Assembly: GCA_963785305.1 (NCBI GenBank) | Contig: CAWAUV010000007.1 | Coordinates: 704,001 to 768,000 of the forward strand | Direction: 5' to 3' | Length of the DNA stretch: 64,000 nt | DNA from: an uncultured Planctomycetaceae bacterium | Lineage (GTDB): Bacteria; Planctomycetota; Planctomycetia; Pirellulales; PALSA-1355 | Part shown: positions 11,515-22,688 of the stretch, piece by piece | Position numbering within the stretch: the first letter of the stretch is position 1 | How the letters are laid out: each line of letters opens with the position of its first letter | The notes under the pieces: model-generated | What the model saw: only the letters and a program-made list of their open reading frames with translations | What the model was told of the DNA's origin: nothing | Databases searched by the model: none | Made by a program: the position numbers and the translations under genes

Positions 11515-12375
11515 ATGCGTTCGCGGTGGGGCTTCAAAACGCGGCAGGGCTTCAAAACGCGGCAGGGCTTCAAAACGCGGCAGGGCTTCAAAACGCGGCA
11601 GGGCTTCAAAACGCGGTGGGGCTCCAAAACACTGCGGGGCTTCAGCTTGATCGAGCTCTTGATCGTGATCGTGATCATTCTGATCTTGATGGCGATGTTG
11701 CTGCCGGCGATTCAGGCTGCCCGCGGCGCGGCGCGGCGCTCGGCCTGCATATCGAATCTGCGGCAGTTGGGCGTGGCGATTCAGGGATTTGTCGAGGTGC
11801 GCCGCGAGCTACCGCACTATCGCTTGTGCCCGGCGCCGTGGATCAACGGCGCTGACCTCTACTGCATGCAATTGTCCGATCCGACCGTGAACACGGGTCC
11901 GAATGAAGTTTGGTGGGCGCCCTACGATAGTCGCGTGTCGCCGACGACCCCGCCGCTCGCCGACTTCGACCCTGGTCGGTCGCTGATGGCTCCCTATCTC
12001 GAAAGCTCGGTGAGCGTGTTTCGCTGCCCCGAGGGACAGGATTTGAACCCGGCCAGCGCGACCTACGGACAGACCTTTCAGATCAGCTACGCGCTCAGCA
12101 AAGTAATTGGCGGGCCCAATGGCCTGAAGCTCGGCACGGTGTCGGCCGGCAACGGCACGTCGCGCGTGATGCTGGCCTGGGATCACGACTTCACGCCCGG
12201 CTGTTCCGACGACGGCGGAGCGCCGGTGATGCCGTTTACCTCGGCCGCCGCGCAGCCGCACTACCCGGTGGCCCGACATCAAGACACGTTTAATGTGATG
12301 TTTTGCGACGCCCATGTGCAGTCGCTTGGCCAAGAAGACCTGGAAACGAACTGGTTTTATGCCCAGCCGAATTAG
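11515..12375 (+). CDS. DUF1559 family prepilin-type N-terminal cleavage/methylation protein
   Basis: [46 protein letters not shown]-terminal '[14 protein letters not shown]' (H-X9-DG variant). Confidence 0.93.
   Translation: MRSRWGFKTRQGFKTRQGFKTRQGFKTRQGFKTRWGSKTLRGFSLIELLIVIVIILILMAMLLPAIQAARGAARRSACISNLRQLGVAIQGFVEVRRELPHYRLCPAPWINGADLYCMQLSDPTVNTGPNEVWWAPYDSRVSPTTPPLADFDPGRSLMAPYLESSVSVFRCPEGQDLNPASATYGQTFQISYALSKVIGGPNGLKLGTVSAGNGTSRVMLAWDHDFTPGCSDDGGAPVMPFTSAAAQPHYPVARHQDTFNVMFCDAHVQSLGQEDLETNWFYAQPN
11530..11637 (+). repeat. In-frame 18-bp tandem repeat GGCTTCAAAACGCGGCAG (4 exact + 2 degenerate copies)
   Basis: Units start at 11530, 11548, 11566, 11584, 11602, 11620; encode GFKTRQ x4, [12 protein letters not shown]. 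Confidence 0.97.
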
Positions 12376-12487
12376 CGGCGGCGCGGTCTGCCGAATATTT
12401 CAACAGGCTGTTGCGTGGATAACGCTTCGGCACGCAAGGGGTGGACAGCGCCGCTGGCCCGCGGCTGCGTGTTCGGATTTTTGCAAA

Positions 12488-12560
12488 TACACCCGGCAGG
12501 ATTCGAACCTGCGACCTTGGCTTTAGGAAAGCCCTGCTCTATCCCCTGAGCTACGGGTGC
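12488..12560 (-). tRNA. tRNA-Arg (anticodon CCT)
   Basis: GCACCCG acceptor, GCTC/GAGC D-arm, anticodon loop TTCCTAA, GCAGG-TTCGAAT-CCTGC T-arm; 73 nt, CCA not encoded. Confidence 0.95.
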
Positions 12561-12857
12561 CGAACTGTCGGCGCCGCTGAAACGCGGCGTCTAGCGAAGT
12601 GTACCGAATGACCGCCGCCGCGTGAAATCCCCGACGGGGGCGTTGGATGCATATCCGCGGCGGAAGTCGCCTTTCCAATTTACCGGCCGCGGGCCTACAA
12701 TTCGGAACCTCGCGATTTTAGGGACCCCCAACCGCGGCGCCGAGGGCGATATTGCACCCCCAAACTCGCTCTTTCGCGTCGTAGGATTAATTACCGCGCC
12801 TCGCCGCGACTAAAATTCCGAAAAAACCCCATTTCCCCCAAAACACCCTTAGCGCCC

Positions 12858-13823
12858 ATGACCGCGACCATCTATCTGCCCGCGACCCACGTGATGCCAA
12901 CCGCCGAGCGCGAAGTCTCGGCCAGCGCCGATGGCGCGCCGACCCGCCCGGTGCGGTTCACCAAAATGCACGGCATTGGCAACGATTATGTCTATCTCGA
13001 CTGCTTTCGCGACCCGACGCCCGCCGATCCGGCCGCCTTGGCCCGGCGGCTGGCCGATCGGCATTTCGGCGTGGGTGGCGACGGAATGATCCTCATCTGC
13101 CCGTCGGATGTGGCCGATGCCCGGATGCGCATGTTCAACAACGATGGCTCGGAATCGGAAATGTGCGGCAACGGCATCCGCTGCGTCGCGAAATATGTCC
13201 ACGATCACGATATCGCTCGCAAGCCGCGACTCACGATCGAAACCGGCGCCGGACTGCTCACGGTCGAGGTCGAAGTCGAACATCAGCGCGTGCGGCGCGT
13301 GCGAGTCGACATGGGCGCGCCGATCTTTGAGGCCGACCGCATTCCCACGACCCTGGCTGGCAGCCGCGTGATCGATGTGGCGCTGCCCTCGCTCGGTGGC
13401 GAAGCGCGTCCGGCGTGGTTCGACGCCGCCGGACTCGATCCGCGCATGACTTGCCTTTCGATGGGCAATCCCCACGTGGTGCTGTTTTGCGACCATGTGG
13501 CCGCCGTGCCGCTCGAGCTTGTCGGCCCGGCGCTCGAATGCCATCCATTCTTCCCGCGGAAGATCAATGTGCACTTCGCCCAAATTCATTCGCCGCGCGA
13601 AATCACGATGCGCACCTGGGAGCGCGGCAGCGGAGTGACGCTGGCCTGCGGAACGGGAGCGTCGGCGGTGGGCGTGGCGGCGGCGATCACCGGCCGGGCC
13701 GAGCGGCAGATCGTGGCGCACCTGCCCGGCGGCGACCTGGAGCTCGACTGGGCTGAAGACGATCATGTGTATATGACCGGCGCGGCGACCGAAGTGTTCA
13801 GCGGCGAATGGAATCCTCGCTAG
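12858..13823 (+). CDS. dapF: Diaminopimelate epimerase
   Basis: FTKMHGIGNDY, EMCGNGIRC, SMGNPHVV, TWERGSGVTLACGTGA. Confidence 0.97.
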   Translation: MTATIYLPATHVMPTAEREVSASADGAPTRPVRFTKMHGIGNDYVYLDCFRDPTPADPAALARRLADRHFGVGGDGMILICPSDVADARMRMFNNDGSESEMCGNGIRCVAKYVHDHDIARKPRLTIETGAGLLTVEVEVEHQRVRRVRVDMGAPIFEADRIPTTLAGSRVIDVALPSLGGEARPAWFDAAGLDPRMTCLSMGNPHVVLFCDHVAAVPLELVGPALECHPFFPRKINVHFAQIHSPREITMRTWERGSGVTLACGTGASAVGVAAAITGRAERQIVAHLPGGDLELDWAEDDHVYMTGAATEVFSGEWNPR

Positions 13824-13923
13824 CGTCCGCCGCGTCACGGAGTCTATTGAAGATTCGACGGGCGCCAAATCAAACGCATCGCGATCGGAAGAAGTTCCTT
13901 TTGCGTGGCAGGGAGGCCAAGCA

Positions 13924-14793
13924 ATGAAAACAACGAGCCCATTGGGTATCAAGCTGGCCGGGCTCTTGGGCTCGGCGACCATTCTGTCCTGGATGTCGAC
14001 TCTCGACTACAAAGCCGTGTACCACGATCGCAAAGTCGATCTCGCGGGCGGCGACAACCGGCGCCCGCGGATCTACATCTTCTGGCATGAAAACATCCTC
14101 ATGCCGGTCCATCTGCGCGGTCATACGAATGTGGCGATGCTGCTCAGCCGGCATCGCGACGCCGATGTGATGGCGCGGCTGGCCGATCAACTTGGCTTTG
14201 AATGCGTGCGCGGTTCGACATTTGCCGGCGGCGCGACGGCATTGCGGGAACTCGAGGAGAAATCCAAGCGGCTGAACTTGGCGATCACGCCCGATGGCCC
14301 GCGTGGCCCGCGGCGCCGCTTGGCCCAGGGCTGCGTGTTCTTGGCCTCGAGGCTGAGAATGCCGATCGTGGCGATGGGCCTGGGCTACGACCGCCCGTGG
14401 CGAGCGAGGAGTTGGGACCGGTTCGCCATTCCGCGGCCTTTTACGCGTGCCCGCGGCGTGATCAGTCCCGAGCTGCGCGTGCCGCCGAATCTCGACCGCA
14501 CGGACCTCGAGCGCTACCGGCTGCAAGTCGAATCGGTGCTCAATCGCCTGACGAGCGAAGCCGAAGCCTGGGCCGAAGCCGACACGGCGAAAGTGAATCA
14601 AGTGCCGGTGCGGCGCGAGCCGGAACGCAACCGCCGAAAATTCGACCGCATCGATCCGGCTCACGAGCTCTCGCCGTCGGAACTCAATTCGCCCGAGACG
14701 TCGCCGCCCTGTTCGGCGTCGTCGGGACTCGCGGGCGAAGGCGATAGCGCCTCGCGCTACTCGGAATCCGGCGACGAACACTCGTTCGCGTAA
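13924..14793 (+). CDS. Lysophospholipid acyltransferase / DUF374 family protein
   Basis: IYIFWHE, SRHRDAD, VRGST, AITPDGPRGP, SWDRFAIPRPF. Confidence 0.88.
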   Translation: MKTTSPLGIKLAGLLGSATILSWMSTLDYKAVYHDRKVDLAGGDNRRPRIYIFWHENILMPVHLRGHTNVAMLLSRHRDADVMARLADQLGFECVRGSTFAGGATALRELEEKSKRLNLAITPDGPRGPRRRLAQGCVFLASRLRMPIVAMGLGYDRPWRARSWDRFAIPRPFTRARGVISPELRVPPNLDRTDLERYRLQVESVLNRLTSEAEAWAEADTAKVNQVPVRREPERNRRKFDRIDPAHELSPSELNSPETSPPCSASSGLAGEGDSASRYSESGDEHSFA

Positions 14794-15596
14794 CTCGACG
14801 CGCGACCGAGCCAATAGCCGCGAAAACCAGCCCCGCGCGCAAGTGCGAGGAGCGACGTCATGACGAGTGCCCAAGCGACGAAACACTTCGCGATGTCCAT
14901 GTAATCGAAATAATCGAACCGCACGCCTCCGACGGCGGCGATGAAAAACGCCAGCGCAAGACCCAGCGAAGTGATTTTCCAGGCCCACGACGCGCGGCTG
15001 AATACGACCCAAACACAAATCGTGACGCCTACCGCGACAATGGCCGTCAATGCGATCAACGACGGTTGGATATGCGCATTCGGCATTTTCACGCCGCGCA
15101 GGCACGCCATCGACACTGCGCAAAATGTCAAACTGGTCAGGAGTTGGGCGAGACCGAATTGGGATCGCCCGCCGCGGAGTTGGCGTCCGGAAACCCCGAG
15201 CCAATCGACGCGAAATCCCGCGAAACCAAGTGGCGCGACCCCGAGCATGGCCAGCAGAACCGCGAGCGGACTCGGCTGTTCGTAAAACGACTTGAGCGAG
15301 AATTCCGCATGGATCAAGAACTGATTCAAGACAAACATCAGCGCGAGCGCCAGTTGGACTTTTATTCGAGGCGCGAGACAAATCATCGCGACGAAAAACG
15401 CGACGACGCCGAGATGAACACCGAGCCGAACCTCGAACGATTGCAAAAACGGAAGCGAAACGATCGGCGCCCCGCCGCCAGGCCGCGAGCGACTGTCGAC
15501 GAGCACGAAATCCAGGGCCAAGAGCGCGGCGAGCAATGCGATCCGTCGTCCGATGCGCGGTCGGTCGGAAAGCGATTTGGTTTCATCTTGCGACAT
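14757..15596 (-). CDS. Hypothetical multi-pass membrane protein
   Basis: 279-aa ORF with about 8 hydrophobic segments and a 'QFGLAQLL' motif. Confidence 0.65.
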   Translation of the reverse strand: MSQDETKSLSDRPRIGRRIALLAALLALDFVLVDSRSRPGGGAPIVSLPFLQSFEVRLGVHLGVVAFFVAMICLAPRIKVQLALALMFVLNQFLIHAEFSLKSFYEQPSPLAVLLAMLGVAPLGFAGFRVDWLGVSGRQLRGGRSQFGLAQLLTSLTFCAVSMACLRGVKMPNAHIQPSLIALTAIVAVGVTICVWVVFSRASWAWKITSLGLALAFFIAAVGGVRFDYFDYMDIAKCFVAWALVMTSLLALARGAGFRGYWLGRASSYANECSSPDSE

Positions 15597-15871
15597 GATA
15601 TGCGATTATAATCCGGCGACTGCGAGTCCGCCGTATTTGGATCGCACGAAACCATCGGCCGAGAAATGGCGCGGCGCCGGCCGGGCCGTAATTCTTCCTC
15701 CACAAATTGCACAATCGGCTTTCGCCGACGATACTATTTCAAATCGTCGCCGCTCCCCATGGCGTCGCCGCTTGGTCCGCCGCGAACTGCCGCCCGCAAA
15801 TGGACGGTTCGCCCCGCACGGCGATTTTATCGACCGACCCACCGCATCGTTTCACGCTAGGAATTCCGACC

Positions 15872-17275
15872 ATGACTCGCTCCGCCCCACCAAGCCGCCC
15901 CGGAATCGATCGCCGCGCTTTTCTCCAAGCCGGCGCCGCTCTCACGGCCGGGTACTGGCTCGGCGGCTCCGTCTCGAGGGTCCGCGCGGCCGAGTCGGCG
16001 CAAAATGCCTTGAATGTCGCGCTGATCGGCGTCGGCGGGCGGGGCGAGGCCAATGTCGGCGGTCTGGCCAAGCAAAACATCGTGGCCATGTGCGATGTCG
16101 ATGAGGTCCGCGCCGCGCAGTCGTTCGACCGATTTCCCAATGCGAAGAAATTCACCGACTTTCGCCGCATGTTCGACGAACTGGGCAATCAGATCGACGC
16201 CGTGGCGATCAGCACCCCGGACCACACCCATTTTCATCCCGCCTATTGGGCGATCGAGCGAGGCAAGCATGTGTACCTCGAAAAGCCCATGGCCCATTCG
16301 CTTTGGGAAGTGCGCGAGCTGACCCGTCTCGCGGCCGATAAAAAAGTGGCCACCCAACTCGGCGTGCAGCGCCACACGCTCAAGCCGCTCCGCGCGGCGG
16401 TCGCGATCGTGAAGTCGGGCGTCTTGGGGCCGATCCAAGAGGTGCATTGCTGGATCGATAGCGATCGCGGCCTTCCCAAGGATTTGCCCCGCAATGGCGA
16501 GACATGTCCCAACACGCTCGATTGGGATCTGTGGCTGGGTCCCGCGGCCGAGCGGCCGTATAGCAAAGCCTATTGCCCTTACAACTGGCGCTTCTGGTGG
16601 GACTTTGGCACCGGCGAAACCGGCAACTGGGGCTGCCACATTCTCGACATCCCGTTTTGGGCCCTGGACCTCAAGTACCCCACGCATGTGTCGGCTACCG
16701 GCGCCACGCCCGACGAGACCCGCACCCCTACCGCCATGGCCAGCCGGCTCGAGTTTCCGGCCTCCGGCTCGCGCCCGGCGGTGACGCTCCACTGGAGCCA
16801 GGCCAAGGGCGGCCCTCCGATTCTCAAGGAGCTCGGCCTGAGCGGCAAAAACATGAACACGCTGTTTATCGGCGCCGAAGGCAAGATGCTCTGCGGCTTC
16901 GACAATATCGAGCTGTTGCCCGCCGGAAAGTTCGCCAGCACACTCATGCCGCCATCGCCCGCCGATCTGGCCAAGGCCAAGTCGAAGGACAAGAAAAGTC
17001 CCTCGCCGCGCGATGCCCAAATCGCGAAACTCGCGGAATCGCTCGGGCCGAACCCCGGGTTCCACTCCGAATGGGTCGAAGCCTGCCGTGGCGGGGCGGC
17101 CGCCAGTTGCAACTTCGGGTATTCTGGACCCATGGCCGAAACGGTGCTGCTGGCGAACCTTGCCTATCGAGTCCAAGGCAGCTTCGCCTGGGACGCCGCG
17201 GCCCTCAAGCCCGATAGCGCCGCGGCCGAGCGCTGGATTCGGCCGGTGTTTCGTAAAGGTTGGGAAGTTTCCTGA
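15872..17275 (+). CDS. Gfo/Idh/MocA family oxidoreductase with Tat-like leader
   Basis: IDRRAFL; ALIGVGGRG; STPDHTH; HVYLEKPMAH; GNWGCHILD. Confidence 0.92.
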   Translation: MTRSAPPSRPGIDRRAFLQAGAALTAGYWLGGSVSRVRAAESAQNALNVALIGVGGRGEANVGGLAKQNIVAMCDVDEVRAAQSFDRFPNAKKFTDFRRMFDELGNQIDAVAISTPDHTHFHPAYWAIERGKHVYLEKPMAHSLWEVRELTRLAADKKVATQLGVQRHTLKPLRAAVAIVKSGVLGPIQEVHCWIDSDRGLPKDLPRNGETCPNTLDWDLWLGPAAERPYSKAYCPYNWRFWWDFGTGETGNWGCHILDIPFWALDLKYPTHVSATGATPDETRTPTAMASRLEFPASGSRPAVTLHWSQAKGGPPILKELGLSGKNMNTLFIGAEGKMLCGFDNIELLPAGKFASTLMPPSPADLAKAKSKDKKSPSPRDAQIAKLAESLGPNPGFHSEWVEACRGGAAASCNFGYSGPMAETVLLANLAYRVQGSFAWDAAALKPDSAAAERWIRPVFRKGWEVS

Positions 17276-17856
17276 TGAGGATCATCAAGTACCCGCATCC
17301 CACGCTGCGGCATGTCTCCAAGCCGCTGAGGCGTGTCGATGCCGAGTTGCACCGCACGGTCCGCGAGATGTTCGACCTCATGTACGAGTCGAAAGGCATT
17401 GGGCTGGCGGCGAACCAAGTCGATTTGCCCTACCGTCTGTTCGTGCTCAATCTGCTGAGCGATCCGCAAGCGCGCGACGAGGAGCGGGTTTTCATCAATC
17501 CGGTGCTCACCAGCCGCAAGGGCATGACCGAAGCCGAGGAGGGCTGCTTGAGCCTGCCCGGTCTCTACGCCGACGTGCGCCGACCGGAGACCGTGAAGCT
17601 CAATGCTTACACGCTCAGCGGTCAGGAAGTGTCGCTCGACCTCGACGGGCTGTTCGCCCGCGCCGCGCAGCACGAAATCGACCATCTCGACGGCATCCTG
17701 TTCGTCGACCGGCTCTCGCCGACCGGAGCACTGGCGGTGCGCGAGGCGATGGAGGATTTTGAGCGCGAATTTCATAGCCATCGCGACCGCGGCGAACTGC
17801 CCGACGACGCCGCGATCGCCAGCCGCCTGGCGGAGCTCGAAAAGCTGCGCACCTAA
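17275..17856 (+). CDS. def: Peptide deformylase
   Basis: GIGLAANQV, EGCLSLPG, QHEIDHLDG; TGATG coupling to the upstream gene. Confidence 0.97.
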   Translation: MRIIKYPHPTLRHVSKPLRRVDAELHRTVREMFDLMYESKGIGLAANQVDLPYRLFVLNLLSDPQARDEERVFINPVLTSRKGMTEAEEGCLSLPGLYADVRRPETVKLNAYTLSGQEVSLDLDGLFARAAQHEIDHLDGILFVDRLSPTGALAVREAMEDFEREFHSHRDRGELPDDAAIASRLAELEKLRT

Positions 17857-17882
17857 AGCGGCGCGAGCCCCAGGCGCGTTTA

Positions 17883-17993
17883 CTATTTTTGCGGCGGCAG
17901 GATCGGCGTCTTGCCGGTCGAGATCACGCCCTTGGTCTTGTCCTTGGGCTGCTTCGGTTTCTTCTTCTCCTTGCGACGATCTTTATTACCCAT
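17883..17993 (-). CDS. 36-aa lysine-rich small protein (below the ORF-track length cutoff)
   Basis: MGNKDRRKEKKKPKQPKDKTKGVISTGKTPILPPQK; AAGGA upstream of ATG; tandem TAG-TAA stops; GC-rich third positions. Confidence 0.65.
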   Translation of the reverse strand: MGNKDRRKEKKKPKQPKDKTKGVISTGKTPILPPQK

Positions 17994-18289
17994 GATTCGA
18001 TCCTTTGCTTCGTGAGTGGGCCCATCGACCGGGGAAACAGTCGACGGGAAAAAATGGTCGACGCGAAATCATTTGCCGCGAGGGTCGTGCAATCGGGCCA
18101 CGAGCGCCGAGGCGCCAGGGCAAACGCTCGCGCATGCACCGCCGTCATTTTGACATAAATTCCGCCCGGCGGAAATCGCAGCTTACCGCGATCGCATAAT
18201 TCCGCAACTGATCTTGCCGCTGGCGGCGCCGATTTGGTATTCGACCGGCTTCGATTTCACCCCTATGAGCCCATCGAGAGACGCTTCGC

Positions 18290-19908
18290 ATGTCGGACCC
18301 GCTGGTCGACGATCGCTCGCGGGCCGCCGAAAGGGGCCGCTTGCCGCTCGGCGAGCGCCGCTTGCCGCTCGGCGAGATCGCCGCGGTGCTGGCCGCGCTC
18401 GTGGCGATGGCGATGTGGATCGACTACAGCGCGGCGCAAAGCAATCACAATAGCGACACGTTCGTCATGTCGCTCATTAGCATCCATCGCTGGACACCGC
18501 TCTATTGGGAGCAAAACCGGCTGGGAATGCTGGTGCCGCTCTTGGCCACGCCGTTTCATCATCCGCTCACCAACCTGCTCGTGCAGTCGGGCATCGACAT
18601 TTTCGCGGGCCTTGCTGGCTTCTTTCTACTCGGCTACTACGCGCTCGGACGCCGCGGCGGCGCGACGGTCGGCGCCGCAAGCGTCCTGATGTTCGTGCTG
18701 GCGGTGCGACTGCGGCAACAGTTCGGCTACTATGTGTTCTTGCATCAATATGGGGTCTCGCTGGCGCTGGCGCTCTCGGCTCTTTTGCTGCTGGCGCCTT
18801 ATCGCCGCGGCGTCTCGTGGCGATTGCCGGCGGCGGTGCTGTTGGTGTGGCTCGCCCTGTGGGTCAATCCCTCGCTGGCATTTGCCCTCTTTCCGCTCAT
18901 TATCGCAAACCGCTGGGTGAAGCATCTCGCCGCTCGGCTCGAGCAAACCGCGCTCGTCGAACGTAAGAGCGCTGTTGATTTCGCGCCCGGATCTCGAGCC
19001 GCTTTTCCCCCGCCGACGCCGTGGCCCTGGGCGCCACCATCACCGGGCTCGCGCTCAGCATGGCGCTCTCGAAGTTTGCTTCGATCGATCAGGAGCCCTA
19101 CGCCATTCTTTCGCCCGGCGAGTGGCTCGCTTGCGCGGGCGGCGTGCTGCGCAACATGCCCGACGAACTGCACGGAGGCTATCTCGCCGCGATCTTCCTA
19201 TTCGCGGCCTCGGGATTCGTGGCGCTGGCTTGGCCCCAGGGCCGCAAGGCTCTGGCGGCTTCGGCCGCCATGCCACTGGCGCTGCTTGCGGCGGCGGCGG
19301 TGCAATTCGCCTTCATGACCAGCCTCGATCATGTGCATCAATCCGACTATGGCCACTATGTCTTTGCTTCGGTCTTTTTGTGGCAGGGCGCCTGCGTCGC
19401 GTTTGCCGTGAGTCAATGGGCGGCGGTCGTGCCCGCCGAGAGCGTTCATGTTCGCCGCTTGCCCTATGGGCTCGTCGCGCTGCTCTGTGTCGTGACCATG
19501 GCCCGCTATGGGCGAGTGGGCGAGCAGGTGGTGAGGAAGGCGCTCGATGATCGAGCCGGCAAATTCACCGCCGAAACACTCGACGCCCGCTGCACGCATG
19601 TGATCGGCGACTATTGGCGCGTGTGGCCCACGGTGTTTCACGCCAATCTGCGCCTCGCCGACCAGGGCAGCTCGCGCGTCGTGTGGGGCATCACCCAGCG
19701 GTCGCGGCCGACGATGCGCTGCTGGAGCCGCGTGCCCGAGAGCGATACGCGCATCGCCTCGATCCTGGGCGACGAAGGCAATGCCTGGGCCTTTGCCGAG
19801 CATTATCGGCTTCCGCCGCTGGTGGAACTCGGTCGGGGCCAACGTATTCGGGTGCTGACGCCGACCCAACCCCTGGCGGCCCGCTGGCCGATGGTCCCGC
19901 CGCGCTGA
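18290..19908 (+). CDS. Polytopic membrane protein (possibly GT-C fold glycosyltransferase-like), frameshift near 19010
   Basis: ORFs 18290..19318 and 19021..19908 join into a many-TM protein with an N-terminal 'HNSD' loop and a soluble C-terminal 'GDYWRVWP' domain. Confidence 0.6.
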
Positions 19909-19936
19909 TCCGGCGCCGCGGAGTGTCGTCCGTTTC

Positions 19937-20629
19937 TTATTGGTCATGCGCCGCGCGCAGCGCCGCCAACAGTCCCACGATTTGTTCGTGAACCTGACGA
20001 TTCTGCGAAACGACGATCACGCCGATCGACGGCGCCGCCACGATCGAAGCCGCGCCGCCGCCCGAGTTCCAGGAAAGCGGATCGAGCGAGGTGGTGATGA
20101 CGTGTGTTAGCTCCTCGCCCCAGGGCTTCTCGTCTTCGGAAACCAGGTCTTTCACCGGATAGACACGCGTGCGGAGCGTGCCATGCACCTTGCCCCGAGT
20201 CGTGATGACAACCGCGCCTCGATCCACGATCCAATCGAGCTCGAGCTGCGCGAGAATGGCAGAAAGCGCGTGCTTGGCGGGCTGCCCGGCGGATTTGTAT
20301 GTGACCGGCGTGTCCCGCGCGATTCCCTCTTCGTCGAGGGCGTGCCCATCGATTCGGCAAGGCGTGTTCAATTGGTCGGCCAGAAAATCGATCACATCGG
20401 TCAGCGGCGCGTCTTCGAACCCGAATTTGATGTTTTTATCCAGCGCGGCGAGCGCCGCGTCGTCGGCCTTTTGGTCATCGGGGCTCGCAATGGATAGCGG
20501 CGCCTGGGCCCACGCCTCGCTTGGCGTGGCGGCCAACATCGCGGCGAAGGGCGTCGCGAGCGCCATCGTCAACCGAAAAATGCTCCGCCGAGCCGCAATG
20601 TTCCGCCCACTCGTGTTCCACCCCGTCAT
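19937..20629 (-). CDS. Exported protein with STN/secretin N-domain-like region
   Basis: Signal peptide (EAWA-Q); 'FEDAPLTDVIDFL', 'TRVYPVKDLV', 'VVSQNRQVHEQIVGLL'. Confidence 0.75.
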   Translation of the reverse strand: MTGWNTSGRNIAARRSIFRLTMALATPFAAMLAATPSEAWAQAPLSIASPDDQKADDAALAALDKNIKFGFEDAPLTDVIDFLADQLNTPCRIDGHALDEEGIARDTPVTYKSAGQPAKHALSAILAQLELDWIVDRGAVVITTRGKVHGTLRTRVYPVKDLVSEDEKPWGEELTHVITTSLDPLSWNSGGGAASIVAAPSIGVIVVSQNRQVHEQIVGLLAALRAAHDQ

Positions 20630-21067
20630 GCGACACTCTGCCTTTCGATGGGAGCCGAGGATTGCTCGCGAACGGCAGCCACGAAACCGCCCCGCCGCGC
20701 GCTAGCCGAAAGCCGTTTTTCGCGAATGCGAAAGAGTCCGGACCCGGACGCCCCCGATTATAGCTCGCGCCCCGGTCGCGCGGCTAGCGACCGCGCGATT
20801 GGTTTGCCGCATGCGTCGCTTTGGGCGGTTCGGCCGCTTTGGGCGCGTTCGCCAATTTTTTCGCCTCGAATCGCTCGGGCGCTCCGCAAGTCGCAAGGCG
20901 CCAAACCAGCGAGCCATCTCGCGGCCGGCGGATTGACCGTCTCGGCGATCCGTCGACAATTCCAGGAGGGCTCGGTTTTCGGTGTTCGATTGGCAATCGC
21001 GGGAAGCTTGCGTCGAGCGTTTGATAGACGATTCTCAAAAACCAACAAGCACAATGGGGCTTTCATC

Positions 21068-22466
21068 ATGTTATTTCGAATCGCGTGTTTCGCGGTGTTG
21101 TTGGCTTCGTGGGGCATCGGCCGGCCGCCGCGCATTTTATTTGGGCCGAGCTTGCCGAAAGCCCCGGCGGCGAGCGGCAAGCGCGGCTTTACTTCGGCGA
21201 GGCGGCCTCGCCCGGCGATCAACATTTGATCGGCAAGATCGCGCGCGCCAAAGCCTGGACGCTCAGCCGCGACGGCGTCGCGATGCCCCTGGCGCTTGAA
21301 ACCAAGGTCGAAGGGGAAACCGGCGCGCTCGTGGGCGCGTGTCCGACGGCGAATCCGCTGGGCTGCGAAGCGGTGTGCGACTATGGCGTCTATACGCGGG
21401 CGCCCGGTGGCATGCATCTGCTTTACTACGCCAAATGCTTGTCGGCCGACTGGCCAAGCCAAAAGCCCGAGCTACTGACCGACTCCAAGCTTAAGCTCGA
21501 TATCCTGCCGAGCCTCGTCGGCGACAAACTCGAATTGCTGTTGATTTTCGATGGCCAGCCCGACGCCGATCGCGAAGTAGTGGTCTTCGATCCCTCGGGC
21601 GCCGAACAGATCATGAAAACCGACGCCCACGGCCGGGTATCGGTCACGGCCCGGAGTGGTCGCCATGCGATTCGCGCCGGGCATGTCGACCCGAAACAAA
21701 GCGGCACGCTCGACGGCGTGGCCTTTGGCCAAACTGCTTATTACTCCACGCTCACGCTGCGCGTGCCGGAGGCGAGCGCCGGCGCGGCCGCAAGCGCGAA
21801 CCTCGGCGCGAGCCCGTCACGGCCGCCGGCGGACACATCGCTCACGGCCAAGGAAATGCTGCGCCAGCGCGGCTGGCCCGCGCGGTGTGGCGAGACTTTC
21901 CAGGACTCACGGCCGATGTGGCGGTGCGCATGGGCGGTATCGATGTGGCCGGCAAACTGGCGCTCGACGCGAATGGCATTGTCGCGGTCGAAATGCCCGC
22001 CGGCCCCGCTCGCGACTGGGTCGAGACTCAGATCGCCTCGCTTGCCCAACATCGCATGCCCGATGGCGAGGTGGACACTGGCGAGGTTAGCTTCGCCGAC
22101 AACGACACCCAGCATCCGCTCGGCCGCCGCATCGACCTAGGCGATCCGAAACTGGGAAGCGTGTATCGGATTCGCGACAACGTGATCCGTGAAGTGAATC
22201 GCAATGCCGGCCCGATGCGATTCACGATCACGGTGCTCGATGTGACGTGGGACATCGACCAGAAATACTTACCGACCATATTCACGATGAACTTCTTCGA
22301 CGCCAAGAGCGGCGAGCTCAAAACCTCGACGGCCCATGTCAACCGCTGGGAGCGGCTGGGCGCGTTCGATGTGCCGACGTTGATTCTGGAGGTGGGCGCC
22401 GGCCATGACGCTCCATCGGCCCGCCAGATGACGCTCACCAACTACCGGCTCACGGAAAAGAAATAA
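21068..22466 (+). CDS. Exported DUF4198-like plus DUF3386-like fusion protein (two frameshifts)
   Basis: Signal peptide then 'AHFIW', 'LYFGE', 'LLYYAK', 'KTDAHGRV'; second domain 'WRDFPGLTADV...SVYRIRDNVIREVNR'. Confidence 0.65.
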
Positions 22467-22548
22467 TCGCGCAGAAATTTCGCGAACAAATAGCCGAGAG
22501 CGACAGACGCACAGACGCCACGGCCCCAGGGTCTAGGCAAGAACAATC

Positions 22549-22631
22549 TTGGCCACGGAAACGCACTGAAGGAACACGGAGAGCTTAAGCAATGCCCGTT
22601 CCGTGTTCCTTCAGTGTTCTTCCGTGGCCAA
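22549..22631. repeat. Long imperfect inverted repeat between convergent genes
   Basis: TTGGCCACGGAA-ACG-CACTGAAGGAACACGGA ... TCCGTGTTCCTTCAGTG-TTC-TTCCGTGGCCAA. Confidence 0.85.
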
Positions 22632-22688
22632 TGTTCTGTCGTTTTCGGGCCGGGTCGAGCCGTGCCGGGGGTTGGCCGGCCGACGCGA

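Noticed and set aside
11530..11637. CRISPR array
   Set aside because: Head-to-tail 18-bp units with no spacers, in frame within a CDS.
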